This document shows, in pieces, positions 50,599-59,844 of a stretch of 64,000 bases of DNA. A program made the translations under genes and the position numbers. The notes under the pieces were generated by a model. That model was not told the origin of the DNA. It did no database searches and saw only the letters and a program-made list of their open reading frames with translations. This DNA is from Candidatus Kaiserbacteria bacterium (GTDB lineage Bacteria > Patescibacteriota > Minisyncoccia > Phycocordibacterales > UBA2100), in contig CP066682.1 of NCBI GenBank assembly GCA_016432285.1, positions 15,026 through 79,025 on the forward strand. Reading direction: 5' to 3'. Within the stretch, counting starts at the first letter, position 1. Every line of letters begins with the position of its first letter.

Positions 50599-51872
50599 CG
50601 CCCGGGCAATCGCTCAAAATAGTGCTGAAGCACGCGCTGCCCCCGGCGCTTTTCGAAAAACTGCTCTCTGCATACCATTTTCTGCTCGCGGGCATCGGCG
50701 CGCTGCTGTACCGCTTTCCTTCGAGGAGGCTCCTTGTCGTGGGCGTTACCGGCACCAAGGGTAAGTCGAGCGTAACCGAAATGATCAACGCGATCCTGGA
50801 AGAAGCGGGGCACCGCACCGCGCTCATCAATTCGATCCGCATCAAGATCGGCGACAAATCGATGCGCAACGCGTCGGGTCGCTCCATGCCCGGGCGTTTT
50901 TTCATCCAGCGCTTTTTGCGACGCGCGCTCGCCCGCAAGTGCACGGCAGCAATCCTTGAGATGACATCTGAGGGCGCGAGGCAGCACCGCCATCGCTTTC
51001 TCGACCTCAACGCGCTCGTGTTTACCAACCTCGCGCCCGAGCATATCGAATCGCACGGCTCGTACGAAGAGTACGCCGACGCGAAATACTCGATCGGGCT
51101 TCAGCTCGTCCGCTCGCACAAACGTCCGCGCCTTTTGGTCGCCAATGCGGACGATCCTGAGAGCGCGCGCTATCTTCTCCTGCCGGTCGAATCGGCAATC
51201 CCCTTCTCGCTTTCGGCGCAGCGTCCGTGGACGGCGGACGAGCGCGGCGGCTCGTTCACCTTTGAGGGCGTACAGGTCCCCGTGCAATTGCCTGGAGAGT
51301 TTTCACTCCGCAACGCGCTCGCGGCTGCCATGCTCGCGCGAGCGCTCGGCGTGCACAGAGAAGTGATCGCACGTGCACTCGATACGCTGCGCGAGATACC
51401 CGGGCGCGCGCAGCGTATTGAGGAGGGGCAAGCCTTTACCGTTGTCGTCGACTACGCACATACTCCGGACTCTCTCAAGGCGCTCTTCGAGGCATACCGA
51501 TCGAAGCGAAAAATCTGCGTCGTGAGCGCCACCGGCGGCGGACGCGACAAGTGGAAGCGGCCCGTCATGGGGAAAGTGGCGAGCGAGCAGTGTGATGTGG
51601 TGATCGTTACCAACGAGGATCCGTACGACGAGGACCCCCGGGCGATCGCCGAGGAGGTCGCGGACGGCGCGGCAAAGGCGGTGATCGAAATCGACCGGCG
51701 CACCGCGATTCGAAGAGCGCTTGCGGAGGCTCGTCCCGGGGATGCGGTCTTGATCACCGGCAAGGGTACCGACTCGTCGATCCACGGCCCTGCGGGGAGC
51801 GAAATCCCGTGGAACGACGCCGCAGTGGTGCGGGACGAGCTGAAGAAAGTTTTGCAAAACAAAGCGCAGTGA
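50595..51872 (+). CDS. murE: Mur ligase, MurE-like
   Basis: GVTGTKGKSS, EMTSEG, VDYAHTPD, EDP and GKG motifs. Confidence 0.88.
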   Translation: MTPGQSLKIVLKHALPPALFEKLLSAYHFLLAGIGALLYRFPSRRLLVVGVTGTKGKSSVTEMINAILEEAGHRTALINSIRIKIGDKSMRNASGRSMPGRFFIQRFLRRALARKCTAAILEMTSEGARQHRHRFLDLNALVFTNLAPEHIESHGSYEEYADAKYSIGLQLVRSHKRPRLLVANADDPESARYLLLPVESAIPFSLSAQRPWTADERGGSFTFEGVQVPVQLPGEFSLRNALAAAMLARALGVHREVIARALDTLREIPGRAQRIEEGQAFTVVVDYAHTPDSLKALFEAYRSKRKICVVSATGGGRDKWKRPVMGKVASEQCDVVIVTNEDPYDEDPRAIAEEVADGAAKAVIEIDRRTAIRRALAEARPGDAVLITGKGTDSSIHGPAGSEIPWNDAAVVRDELKKVLQNKAQ

Positions 51873-51901
51873 AGGGGCGGCGCGTACTATAATCTGAATA
51901 C

Positions 51902-52924
51902 ATGGCATCGCACGGCGGCGGAGGCGGAATGGTCAAGACGATCCTGATCTGGTCGGCGGTCATCATCGCGATCATCCTCGTGCTCTTGTGGCTCATTTCG
52001 GGCGGGCCACGCAAAATCCGCGAGGCAGCCGGAGGTATCGGAAATCCGCTCTCGGCGATCTTCGGATTCGGCACCTCCAAGGGAGCGGCGTTCAAACTGC
52101 CGTGGCAGCCGAACGATCTCAACATCGCGCCGGAACTTACCTTTGGCACTGACACGGAATCGGGAGAGTCGCCGAATCCGGACGAGCTGAGCGATGCGGA
52201 GCGGGAATATGAGGAGCTCCAGCGAAAAATTGTGGCGGCCAAAAATTTCGGCGAACCGTCGCCCTATCGCGGACAGGTGTCGATCTACGAGCACGCCGCA
52301 GACGAGAGCGCGGAGAGCGAGTACGTCTCGATCCAGGCTTCGAGCGAAAACACCGCGCCCGTATCGCTCGCTGGCTGGTCGCTCCAGAGCGCGGTTACCG
52401 GTATTCGCGGCTTCGTGCCGCGCGGCACGAGCATCTTCACCTTGGGTGCGATCAACGCGCAGCAAACCATTTCGCTTGAGCCGGGAGTGTCGGCGGTGAT
52501 CGCGAGCGGCTTTTCGCCCGTCGGTACGTCATTCCGCGAAAATCTCTGCACCGGCTATCTTTCGCAAATGCAGGATTTCAGACCCTCGCTGGGGAACCGT
52601 TGCCCCGCGCCTTCGGAATCGCTGCCGCTCACCGCGGACAACGTGCGATTGTACGGCGAGAGCTGCATCGACTTCGTGCGCGAGCTCCCCGCGTGCACCT
52701 TTCCGCTCACCGTACCCAACAACCTCACCTCCGCGTGCCGCGGATTCATCGTCGAGAAGCTCTCGTATAACGGCTGCGTCGACACGTACCGTTATCGCAG
52801 CACCTTTTTGCGCGGCGTGTGGAGAATCTACCTCGGTGCTGGCAACGAGCTCTGGCGCAACGCGCACGATGTTGTCCGTCTTCTCGATGCCGAAGGACGC
52901 ACAGTAGACGTGCTCGTGTATTAG
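51902..52924 (+). CDS. Membrane-anchored protein with a lamin-tail-like domain and a Cys-rich insert
   Basis: TM helix, EYVSI...VSLAGWSL and W...DVVRLLDAEGRTVD. Confidence 0.7.
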   Translation: MASHGGGGGMVKTILIWSAVIIAIILVLLWLISGGPRKIREAAGGIGNPLSAIFGFGTSKGAAFKLPWQPNDLNIAPELTFGTDTESGESPNPDELSDAEREYEELQRKIVAAKNFGEPSPYRGQVSIYEHAADESAESEYVSIQASSENTAPVSLAGWSLQSAVTGIRGFVPRGTSIFTLGAINAQQTISLEPGVSAVIASGFSPVGTSFRENLCTGYLSQMQDFRPSLGNRCPAPSESLPLTADNVRLYGESCIDFVRELPACTFPLTVPNNLTSACRGFIVEKLSYNGCVDTYRYRSTFLRGVWRIYLGAGNELWRNAHDVVRLLDAEGRTVDVLVY

Positions 52925-53385
52925 GAGCGAGCAGAAAAGAGAATCACTCCCGCAGCCACGGCGACGTTGAGGGACTCTTTTTTTCCGCGCATCGGTATTT
53001 CGATCAGCGTGTCGCACCGTTCGCGCAGCTTCGGCGAGAGCCCGCGCACCTCGTTGCCAAACACATAGAGTACGCGCCCTTTCGGCTTCAGCTTCCGATA
53101 ATCCTTCGATCGCGGATCCTGTTCGACGCCGACGATCCTCCACCCCGACTTTCGCAGTGTGGCGATCACCGATTCGGCGGATGCACTTTTTTGCCACGGA
53201 ATGAACTGCTCGGCACCGAGCGCTGTCTTCGCGATCTCCTTTTGCGGACGGCCGAACCGATCGATCGGCGCGGGTGTGAACCCGGAGAGATAGACCTTCG
53301 ATACGCCGGCGGCATCGGCGGTGCGAAAAATGGATCCGACGTTGTGCGTGCTGCGGACGTTGTGCAAAAGGATCGCGATTTCCAT
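52921..53385 (-). CDS. TrmH/SpoU family RNA methyltransferase
   Basis: HNVGSIFRTADA, GNEVRG and IPMRGKKESLNV motifs. Confidence 0.94.
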   Translation of the reverse strand: MEIAILLHNVRSTHNVGSIFRTADAAGVSKVYLSGFTPAPIDRFGRPQKEIAKTALGAEQFIPWQKSASAESVIATLRKSGWRIVGVEQDPRSKDYRKLKPKGRVLYVFGNEVRGLSPKLRERCDTLIEIPMRGKKESLNVAVAAGVILFSARS

Positions 53386-53422
53386 GCGGCACACTGTATA
53401 GGCAATACGCTATACTGTCTCC

Positions 53423-53767
53423 ATGCTCTCGGTTTTCCCCGAAATCCTCTACCTCTCACCATTCGCACCCTTTCTTATTCGCGTCGCGCTTGCGGTCGTC
53501 TTTGGATACGCGGCATGGCAACACTTACAGCGAAATGATATGCCTTCTCGCGTACTCGCGGTCGGCGAGATCGCGGTAGCGATCGCGTTTGTGGCGGGCT
53601 GGTGGACGCAGCCGGCGGCGATTCTTGCCACGATCGTGGGCGCGATCTGGTTTTTCCAACCAACGAGCCGCGTCTATGCCCTGAGCACGATCCTGCTTTC
53701 GATCTTGCTTCCCTTCACGCTCCTCATCACCGGCGCCGGCGCACTCGCCTTCGATCTGCCGCTCTAA
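53423..53767 (+). CDS. DoxX-like membrane protein
   Basis: Hydrophobic, ending with GAGALAFDLPL. Confidence 0.75.
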   Translation: MLSVFPEILYLSPFAPFLIRVALAVVFGYAAWQHLQRNDMPSRVLAVGEIAVAIAFVAGWWTQPAAILATIVGAIWFFQPTSRVYALSTILLSILLPFTLLITGAGALAFDLPL

Positions 53768-53806
53768 TAGCATCTCGAACCGCTGTCTGTTACGATGCAA
53801 AGGTAG

Positions 53807-53878
53807 CCGCCCGTAGCTCAGTGGTAGAGCAGACGCCTTTTAAGCGTAAGGTCGTTGGATCGTTCCCAACCGGGCGGA
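53807..53878 (+). tRNA. tRNA-Lys(TTT) with an atypical T-loop
   Basis: CCGCCCG/CGGGCGG acceptor stem, CTTTTAA anticodon loop, ATCGTTC T-loop; CCA not encoded. Confidence 0.88.
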
Positions 53879-53879
53879 C

Positions 53880-54737
53880 ATGAATGCCTTCGCCAAACGC
53901 TGCGTCGAACTGCGAAAATCGGATCACACGCTCAATGAGATATCCGAGATAACCGGACGACCCAAAACGTCAGTGTATCCCTACATCCGCCACATGCCGC
54001 TCAGCAGGGAGCGGAAAGAGGCGGTTCTCGATTCGTATCGGTTGCGCGTGCGCAAAATTGCCGCGCGGAGGAAAGGAAAGAGCGTCAGAAGCTTCAAGAG
54101 ATTCACTTCGTGGAGTCCGCAAACGGTATCGCTCGTATCGCATCTGATTTTTGACGGCGAGCTGAACCGCTCCGGTTGTAGTTACAACAACCGAAGCTCG
54201 AGTCTCATTGCGCACGTACGGGAGTGTATGAGGCGGATATACGATTACGATCCGAGAAGCTACGTGGATCCCAAGAGCAAGGTAATCCGCATTAGCTATT
54301 ACAACGTCGCTCTTGGACAATACCTGACACGAAAGTCGCGAGAGCTACTCGGCACAATCGATGTCATGTCGACGGATTCCAAAAAGGAGTTCTTGAAAGC
54401 TTTTTTCAACGACGAGGGCTGCATGGACTTTAGGCCCGAAAGAAATGTCCGGCAGATTCGTGGTTATCAAAAGAACGTGGCCGTCCTACAGATTGTAAAG
54501 GGTCTTCTGCTCGATATGGGAATTGAATCAACAGTTAAGAAACCAAATGAAGTCGTGATCGTCGGTCGAGAGAATCTTTTGAGATTTGGGGAAAAAGTAA
54601 ACTTCTCCCCAGGGGTGCGCATCAATGGATTGCGGTCGAACAGCCTCTGGAAGCAGCCGATGGAGAAGCGCGAACTTCTCGAGCGCGCGATCGCATCGTA
54701 CAAACCCGCAGGCAGCAGCGGTGTGCATCGCCGCTGA
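53880..54737 (+). CDS. LAGLIDADG endonuclease-like protein with an N-terminal HTH
   Basis: HTH-like LRKSDHTLNEISEITGRPKTSV; LAGLIDADG-like LVSHLIFDG and FLKAFFNDEG. Confidence 0.82.
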   Translation: MNAFAKRCVELRKSDHTLNEISEITGRPKTSVYPYIRHMPLSRERKEAVLDSYRLRVRKIAARRKGKSVRSFKRFTSWSPQTVSLVSHLIFDGELNRSGCSYNNRSSSLIAHVRECMRRIYDYDPRSYVDPKSKVIRISYYNVALGQYLTRKSRELLGTIDVMSTDSKKEFLKAFFNDEGCMDFRPERNVRQIRGYQKNVAVLQIVKGLLLDMGIESTVKKPNEVVIVGRENLLRFGEKVNFSPGVRINGLRSNSLWKQPMEKRELLERAIASYKPAGSSGVHRR

Positions 54738-56060
54738 TTAGATCGCGATATTGACGGTCGTCTCGTCTTTCACTTTCGTGCCGTCGGGAGCGGTGCACTC
54801 GATCGTAAAGGTCGTTGCGCCCGAAAGCGGCACGGTGGACGCGCCGCCGGAAAGCTCGTCTTCGGTGAAGTTGCCGTCGGAGGAAGTGATGGCGCAGCTC
54901 GTGACGCCCTTCGTATTCCAAAAGACAGAGGTGCGCGAGCCGAGCGCTACCGATGCGGGCGCGGCCCAGATGTCGACCTCGGGCGGTACGACAGTCTGTT
55001 GCTGTGCCGGCGCCTGTGTGCTTCCTTGGGCCGGCGTCGTCTGCTGCGTGAGCTGCACCGAAGGATTCTGCGTCTGCTGCGCGACTTGCGGCTGAAGACC
55101 TACCTGGTAACCACGCCATGAGCAGAGGCTGTCGAAGAAGGAGGGTGGAATGATGAACGAGACGACAGAATTGGACCACGGCCGCGTGGTGCAGAGCGTG
55201 GCGACAACGCCCTGCGGCTGCGTAGTGCCAAAGGTGCTGCCGCCATAAAAGCCCGCAATCTCCGTGTTGGTCTGCGGATCGCGTGCGTTGGCGATCACGG
55301 TGGCTCCCGAATCGAGCACGCGGATGTCGCCCTGCGTCGTCGGCTGCAAACTCGTCGACTGGCCGGCGAGCGAGGAGGTTTGCGTGCCTCCGGTCGAGGT
55401 CTGCGTCGTCGGCTGCTGCGAAGAACCACCCGTGGTGATGTTGAGCAGATTCTGGCTCACGTTGACGGGCGTGCTCTCCTCGTCGCCGAAGGCCGCCCCG
55501 AGCGAGCTTCCCGTGCTGCCGCCGAGCGCACTCAAAAGTCCGTCGGTGCTGTTACTGCTGAGGGGATTATTGACCGATGCGGTTGCGGGCGGCACGTAGT
55601 AGGCGCACGGATCGGAGCTCGGCACCGTCACTTGGTAGTACTGCGTGCAACCGCTCTGTCCCGGGATCGCTCCTCCTGCTGCGCCACCACCGGTGGCGGG
55701 AGACCCACCCCCACCGCCGCCCTTTCCTCCGCCGCCGAGGAGCTCCTTGATCTTGCCCAAAATGCCCATGAATTGGTCCAGCCCCTGGATGCCTTGCATG
55801 CCTCCGCTCAAACCTTGAAAGCCCGTACCCTTGCAGCCGATTGGCGTGCACGTGCCCGTTACGGTTTTGCCGGCTGCAGTCGTTGTGCACGGTTTTGGAA
55901 GACACGGCGGGTTCGCCTGGCACTGGATAAAGTAATTTATGCACATCTGATCCACCCCCTCCGCGACATTGACTTGCGCAGTCGCGACAAGCGCAAAACC
56001 GAAAAGCACGATCGAGAAGGTGCTGAGAGCAAGCGCGAGGCGCAATGACATACGCTCCAT
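54738..56060 (-). CDS. Secreted Cys/Gly/Thr-rich surface protein with a C-terminal Ig-like domain
   Basis: Signal peptide, Cys-rich N-terminus and a C-domain resembling that of 47447-49531. Confidence 0.8.
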   Translation of the reverse strand: MERMSLRLALALSTFSIVLFGFALVATAQVNVAEGVDQMCINYFIQCQANPPCLPKPCTTTAAGKTVTGTCTPIGCKGTGFQGLSGGMQGIQGLDQFMGILGKIKELLGGGGKGGGGGGSPATGGGAAGGAIPGQSGCTQYYQVTVPSSDPCAYYVPPATASVNNPLSSNSTDGLLSALGGSTGSSLGAAFGDEESTPVNVSQNLLNITTGGSSQQPTTQTSTGGTQTSSLAGQSTSLQPTTQGDIRVLDSGATVIANARDPQTNTEIAGFYGGSTFGTTQPQGVVATLCTTRPWSNSVVSFIIPPSFFDSLCSWRGYQVGLQPQVAQQTQNPSVQLTQQTTPAQGSTQAPAQQQTVVPPEVDIWAAPASVALGSRTSVFWNTKGVTSCAITSSDGNFTEDELSGGASTVPLSGATTFTIECTAPDGTKVKDETTVNIAI

Positions 56061-56095
56061 GCTACCGCCTTCGAGTAGGATCGCAATGCATTTTT

Positions 56096-56740
56096 TCAGG
56101 ATTTGTTGACACCGAGAATGTAGCGCTCAAGGGCGTATTCGAGCTCCACACCTTTGCGGCGCGATTCGTGCGGTAGCTCGGCGAGATCCGCTACGTATTT
56201 TTCCGCACGAGCGCGCTTTGCTCCTTCTGACTGGATGAACATCTGTTTGGCGCCCCAAAAGAGCACGCCGTGGATCGCTTCGGGTGCCTCCTTGCGCGCG
56301 AGCGCTTCTTGGTAACCCACCCAGAGCGCCTTTCGGTCGCCTTGGCTCAGAGCCCGAGCGAGTACGAAAATATCGCCGCGCCTTTCCTTTTTGGGTGCAT
56401 CAAACTTCTTGCTCTCTTTTGCGTATTTCTCAATCAGCTTGCGGGTCGCCGCATCGGGCTTCTCCTCAAAAATAGAGAAGGATTCATCGGATTCTTTGAG
56501 ATGCGGAAGCGCTTCCAGCATTACCGCGCGCATCTCCTCGTTGGCAAACACGCCCTCGAGTATCACGACTCGTTTACCGGCAAACATTCCCCCTCCCCGC
56601 AAAGCGCTCTCCAAGTCCGCGAGCGTGTGTGCATCGGTAATGCGCACGATCTCGCCTTTTTTGCCTGCTTCAGCTTCGGCCGCTTTATTCATCGCGGCCC
56701 GCGCCCTTTGCCTGTCTGTTCCGCTAAAAAAATAGATCAT
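56096..56740 (-). CDS. Shortened DNA polymerase III delta (HolA)-like protein
   Basis: MIYFFSGTD, GMFAGKRVVIL, IFVLARAL and LERYIL; coupled to polA. Confidence 0.65.
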   Translation of the reverse strand: MIYFFSGTDRQRARAAMNKAAEAEAGKKGEIVRITDAHTLADLESALRGGGMFAGKRVVILEGVFANEEMRAVMLEALPHLKESDESFSIFEEKPDAATRKLIEKYAKESKKFDAPKKERRGDIFVLARALSQGDRKALWVGYQEALARKEAPEAIHGVLFWGAKQMFIQSEGAKRARAEKYVADLAELPHESRRKGVELEYALERYILGVNKS

Positions 56741-59133
56741 GCGCGCTTTGTTTTTTGCACCTCGCCCCAATTGGGGCCCATGGAAATATCGACGATGATC
56801 GGCACGCCATTGAGCGCTTTCGGCGATACAACGGATTCCATGACATGCCGGATCTCCTCGGAAATCTCTTGCGCGCTCTGTATGTCCACTTCATACACAA
56901 GCTCGTCGTGCACCTGCAAAAGAAGGTCGGCCTTCGCGCGCCACCCCTTCTTCTCGATCACTGCGTCGGCCTCCACCATCGCGAGCTTGATGATGTCCGA
57001 CTGCGTGCCTTGCATGGGGGCGTTGGTGGCCATGCGCTCCGCCTGCGCCCGGAGGTTCGGGAGTGCGGATTTGAAACCGGAGAAGTAGCGGCGGCGCCCG
57101 AAGAGCGTCTCCGTGTACCCGAAGCGTGCAGCTTCGGCCTTGGTGCTCTCGATAAACTGCGCGAGCTTCGCGTATTTCTTGAAGTAGTCGTCGAGAAATT
57201 TCGCCGCCTCGTCGCGCGAGATCGACTCCCCGAGATTCGACCGCAGAGCGTTGACGCCCATGCCGTAGAGGATGCCGAAGTTGATCACCTTGGCGCGGCG
57301 CCGCATTTCGTAGTCCACCTTCTCGGGAGCAACGCCGAAGACTTCGGACGCGACGGCGGTGTGAATATCGCCGCCCGCTTTAAACACCTCGACCAACTTC
57401 GGATCGCCCGAGAGCCCGGCCGCGATACGGAGCTCGATCTGCGAGTAATCGAGCGCCGCGAGCACGCGGCCGGGCGAGGCAGCGAAGGCTTTGCGGATGC
57501 GTCTGCCGTAATCGGTCTTCACCGGAATGTTCTGCAAATTGGGATCCTTGCTCGCCATGCGGCCGGTCGTCGTGCCGGCCTGGAGAAACTGCGCATGAAG
57601 CCGGCCGTCGCTTCCGACGTACGCCGGCATCTTTTCGATGTAGGTAGAGAGGAGCTTCTGGAGTTCGCGATACGCGAGCACGTCGGCGATGATCGGATGC
57701 TGCGCGCTCATCTTTTGGAGCTCGTCCTCGCGCGTGGTGCGCGCTCCTCCCGCGGTCTTTTTTTGTTTCTCCGGCGTGATCTTGAGCTCGTCGTAGAGCA
57801 CCGTGCCGAGCTGTTTCGGGGAGCTGACGTTGAACTCCCGCCCGGCATGCTGGTAGATGCGGGCCGCGATCTCGCCGAGCTCCTTGCTGTACTCGCGCGA
57901 GAGTGTTTTCAAATACTTCGTATCGAGCGATATGCCGGTTTTGTTCATGCGATCCACCACTGGCATGAGAGGCTTTTCGATCTTTTCCCACACCTCCTGC
58001 AAGCGGCCCGTTTTCGCGAGCTCGTCGAAAATTGCTTTCCGCGCCACATCGAAATCATCCGCATTCGTGTACGCGAGGATGTCTTCGAGCGTGGGGTCGC
58101 TAAGGTCGGAGCGCAGAAGCCAGAGTGCGATCGAGGTTTCTCGCAGCTCCAGTGGATCGACCGCGGATCGCTCCTTTTGTGTGACGGGCCGCTGCCCTAC
58201 TTCTTCAGCGAGCGCGCGTACACGCTCCCTGATTGAGCGAAATTCGAGCTCCTCGCAGAGCTTGATGATTGGATCGGTGTGATCGAGGATTTCCCACTTC
58301 TTTTTGGGGAGAGAAAAATCGATTGGCGCATCGTGGTGGATCGTGGCGAGCGATTTGGAGAGCTCCGCCTCCTTTTTCCCCTCCTCGATCAGCTTCACGA
58401 AGCGCTTCTGCACGCCCGCTTCATCGGCCACCTTTTCGTGTCCGACCGCTTTGATTTTTTTGTAGATGTCTTCGAGGCTGCCGTACTGAGCGATCAGCTT
58501 CGATGCGGTTCCCTCTCCCACGCCCCGCACGCCGGAGATGTTGTCGGACGGATCTCCCTTCAGGCCTTTGTAGTCAACGACGTGTTCGGGCCCGAATCCG
58601 TACCGCTCCTTCACCGCATCCACGTCAAAGAGAGCGAGATCGTTGACTCCCGTTTTCATGGTGTACACAAGCACGTTGTCGGATACGAGCTGGAGCATGT
58701 CCATATCTCCCGAAACGATCACCACCTGCATGTCTTTTTTCTTCCGGAGCGTGTGGACCAAGGTGCCGATCATGTCGTCGGCTTCGTACCCCTTTGCGGA
58801 GTATTCGGGAATGCCGAACGCCTCGAATATCTTCGGCGCACGATCGAGCTGCACGACGAGCTCGTCGTCGGTCTTCGCGCGCGTGCCCTTGTAGGCTTCG
58901 AAGAGCTCATGCCGCTTCGTGGGGCCGTGCAAATCGCGCGTGGCGATGATGTAGTCGGGCTTCAGCGTGTCGATCGCCTTCAAGAGCGTGGTCGTGAGAC
59001 CGTAGAGTGCGCCCGTGGGCTCGCCCTTGGAGGTCGAGAAATCGGGAATCGCGTGATAGGCGCGGTGCAAAATGGCGTGAGAATCGAGAATGATCACGCG
59101 CTCCTTGCCGCTTCCCTTTTTCTTTTTTGGCAT
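56737..59133 (-). CDS. polA: DNA polymerase I (5'-3' exonuclease plus polymerase; proofreading domain largely absent)
   Basis: EADD, GDPSDNI, PNLQNIP, DYSQIELR, INFGILYG and QVHDEL motifs. Confidence 0.97.
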   Translation of the reverse strand: MPKKKKGSGKERVIILDSHAILHRAYHAIPDFSTSKGEPTGALYGLTTTLLKAIDTLKPDYIIATRDLHGPTKRHELFEAYKGTRAKTDDELVVQLDRAPKIFEAFGIPEYSAKGYEADDMIGTLVHTLRKKKDMQVVIVSGDMDMLQLVSDNVLVYTMKTGVNDLALFDVDAVKERYGFGPEHVVDYKGLKGDPSDNISGVRGVGEGTASKLIAQYGSLEDIYKKIKAVGHEKVADEAGVQKRFVKLIEEGKKEAELSKSLATIHHDAPIDFSLPKKKWEILDHTDPIIKLCEELEFRSIRERVRALAEEVGQRPVTQKERSAVDPLELRETSIALWLLRSDLSDPTLEDILAYTNADDFDVARKAIFDELAKTGRLQEVWEKIEKPLMPVVDRMNKTGISLDTKYLKTLSREYSKELGEIAARIYQHAGREFNVSSPKQLGTVLYDELKITPEKQKKTAGGARTTREDELQKMSAQHPIIADVLAYRELQKLLSTYIEKMPAYVGSDGRLHAQFLQAGTTTGRMASKDPNLQNIPVKTDYGRRIRKAFAASPGRVLAALDYSQIELRIAAGLSGDPKLVEVFKAGGDIHTAVASEVFGVAPEKVDYEMRRRAKVINFGILYGMGVNALRSNLGESISRDEAAKFLDDYFKKYAKLAQFIESTKAEAARFGYTETLFGRRRYFSGFKSALPNLRAQAERMATNAPMQGTQSDIIKLAMVEADAVIEKKGWRAKADLLLQVHDELVYEVDIQSAQEISEEIRHVMESVVSPKALNGVPIIVDISMGPNWGEVQKTKRA

Positions 59134-59257
59134 TCCCCCGATGATACGCCCGCAGAGGGGGAAGTAAATCGTGCGAGATCTGTTGACGCCGAGAGCATGA
59201 AGCGTAGCATTTGAGGTCGGCCTCGACCCTGAACCAACCGAGGCAATGGAGGAAGCC

Positions 59258-59551
59258 ATGATCTACGTGGTCAACTACATCGACGTGCTCGTGCTCGGAT
59301 TCTTTTTTGCCGTGCGCGCAGTCTCTGATTCACAGCACGACTGTTACCTGCCGCGTGCGGCCGAGTGGGCTTTATACGCCCTCTTTATCGGTGCCGAAGT
59401 GAGCTACCTCGCGTACCTCGCGACAATCGGAACGCCGCGGTCGTACAGAGAGGTTGTCTTGACGGCTGTCATGCTGGGGTTCGCGTACCTCTTCGGCCTG
59501 TACGTGCAGTACACGGTGAAGCACGAAAGCTCGCGGGAGAACACGTCATGA
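59258..59551 (+). CDS. Small three-TM hypothetical protein
   Basis: GGAGG RBS; hydrophobic sequence. Confidence 0.6.
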   Translation: MIYVVNYIDVLVLGFFFAVRAVSDSQHDCYLPRAAEWALYALFIGAEVSYLAYLATIGTPRSYREVVLTAVMLGFAYLFGLYVQYTVKHESSRENTS

Positions 59552-59835
59552 TCGCGATCTATGCGCTCGTTCTCGCGGCGGCACTCGGCGTGGGGTATCT
59601 GCTGTACGCGGAAACCACGACGATGCCGCAGCGCGTCTTCGCGTTCGGTCTCTTGATGCTCCTGATGTTCGTCTACACCGCGTGGCGCCAAGACATCCGG
59701 TTCTATTACGGGTACGAGTTTGAACGCTCCGCGCACGTAATTGTAAGCTTGGTCTTCTACGGCATCGGCACTCCGATCGTGCTGCGGCTGCTCCCGGCCT
59801 TCTGGCGAGCGCTCTCGCGCTCTTTGCACATCTGA
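59548..59835 (+). CDS. Small three-TM hypothetical protein
   Basis: ATGA overlap with the upstream gene; followed by a terminator. Confidence 0.6.
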   Translation: MIAIYALVLAAALGVGYLLYAETTTMPQRVFAFGLLMLLMFVYTAWRQDIRFYYGYEFERSAHVIVSLVFYGIGTPIVLRLLPAFWRALSRSLHI

Positions 59836-59844
59836 CAAGTAGAG

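Noticed and set aside
35621-54737. Group I introns or inteins hosting the endonucleases
   Set aside because: The adjacent tRNAs are contiguous cloverleaves, there is no space for intron cores, and no intein splice motifs or host exteins are present.
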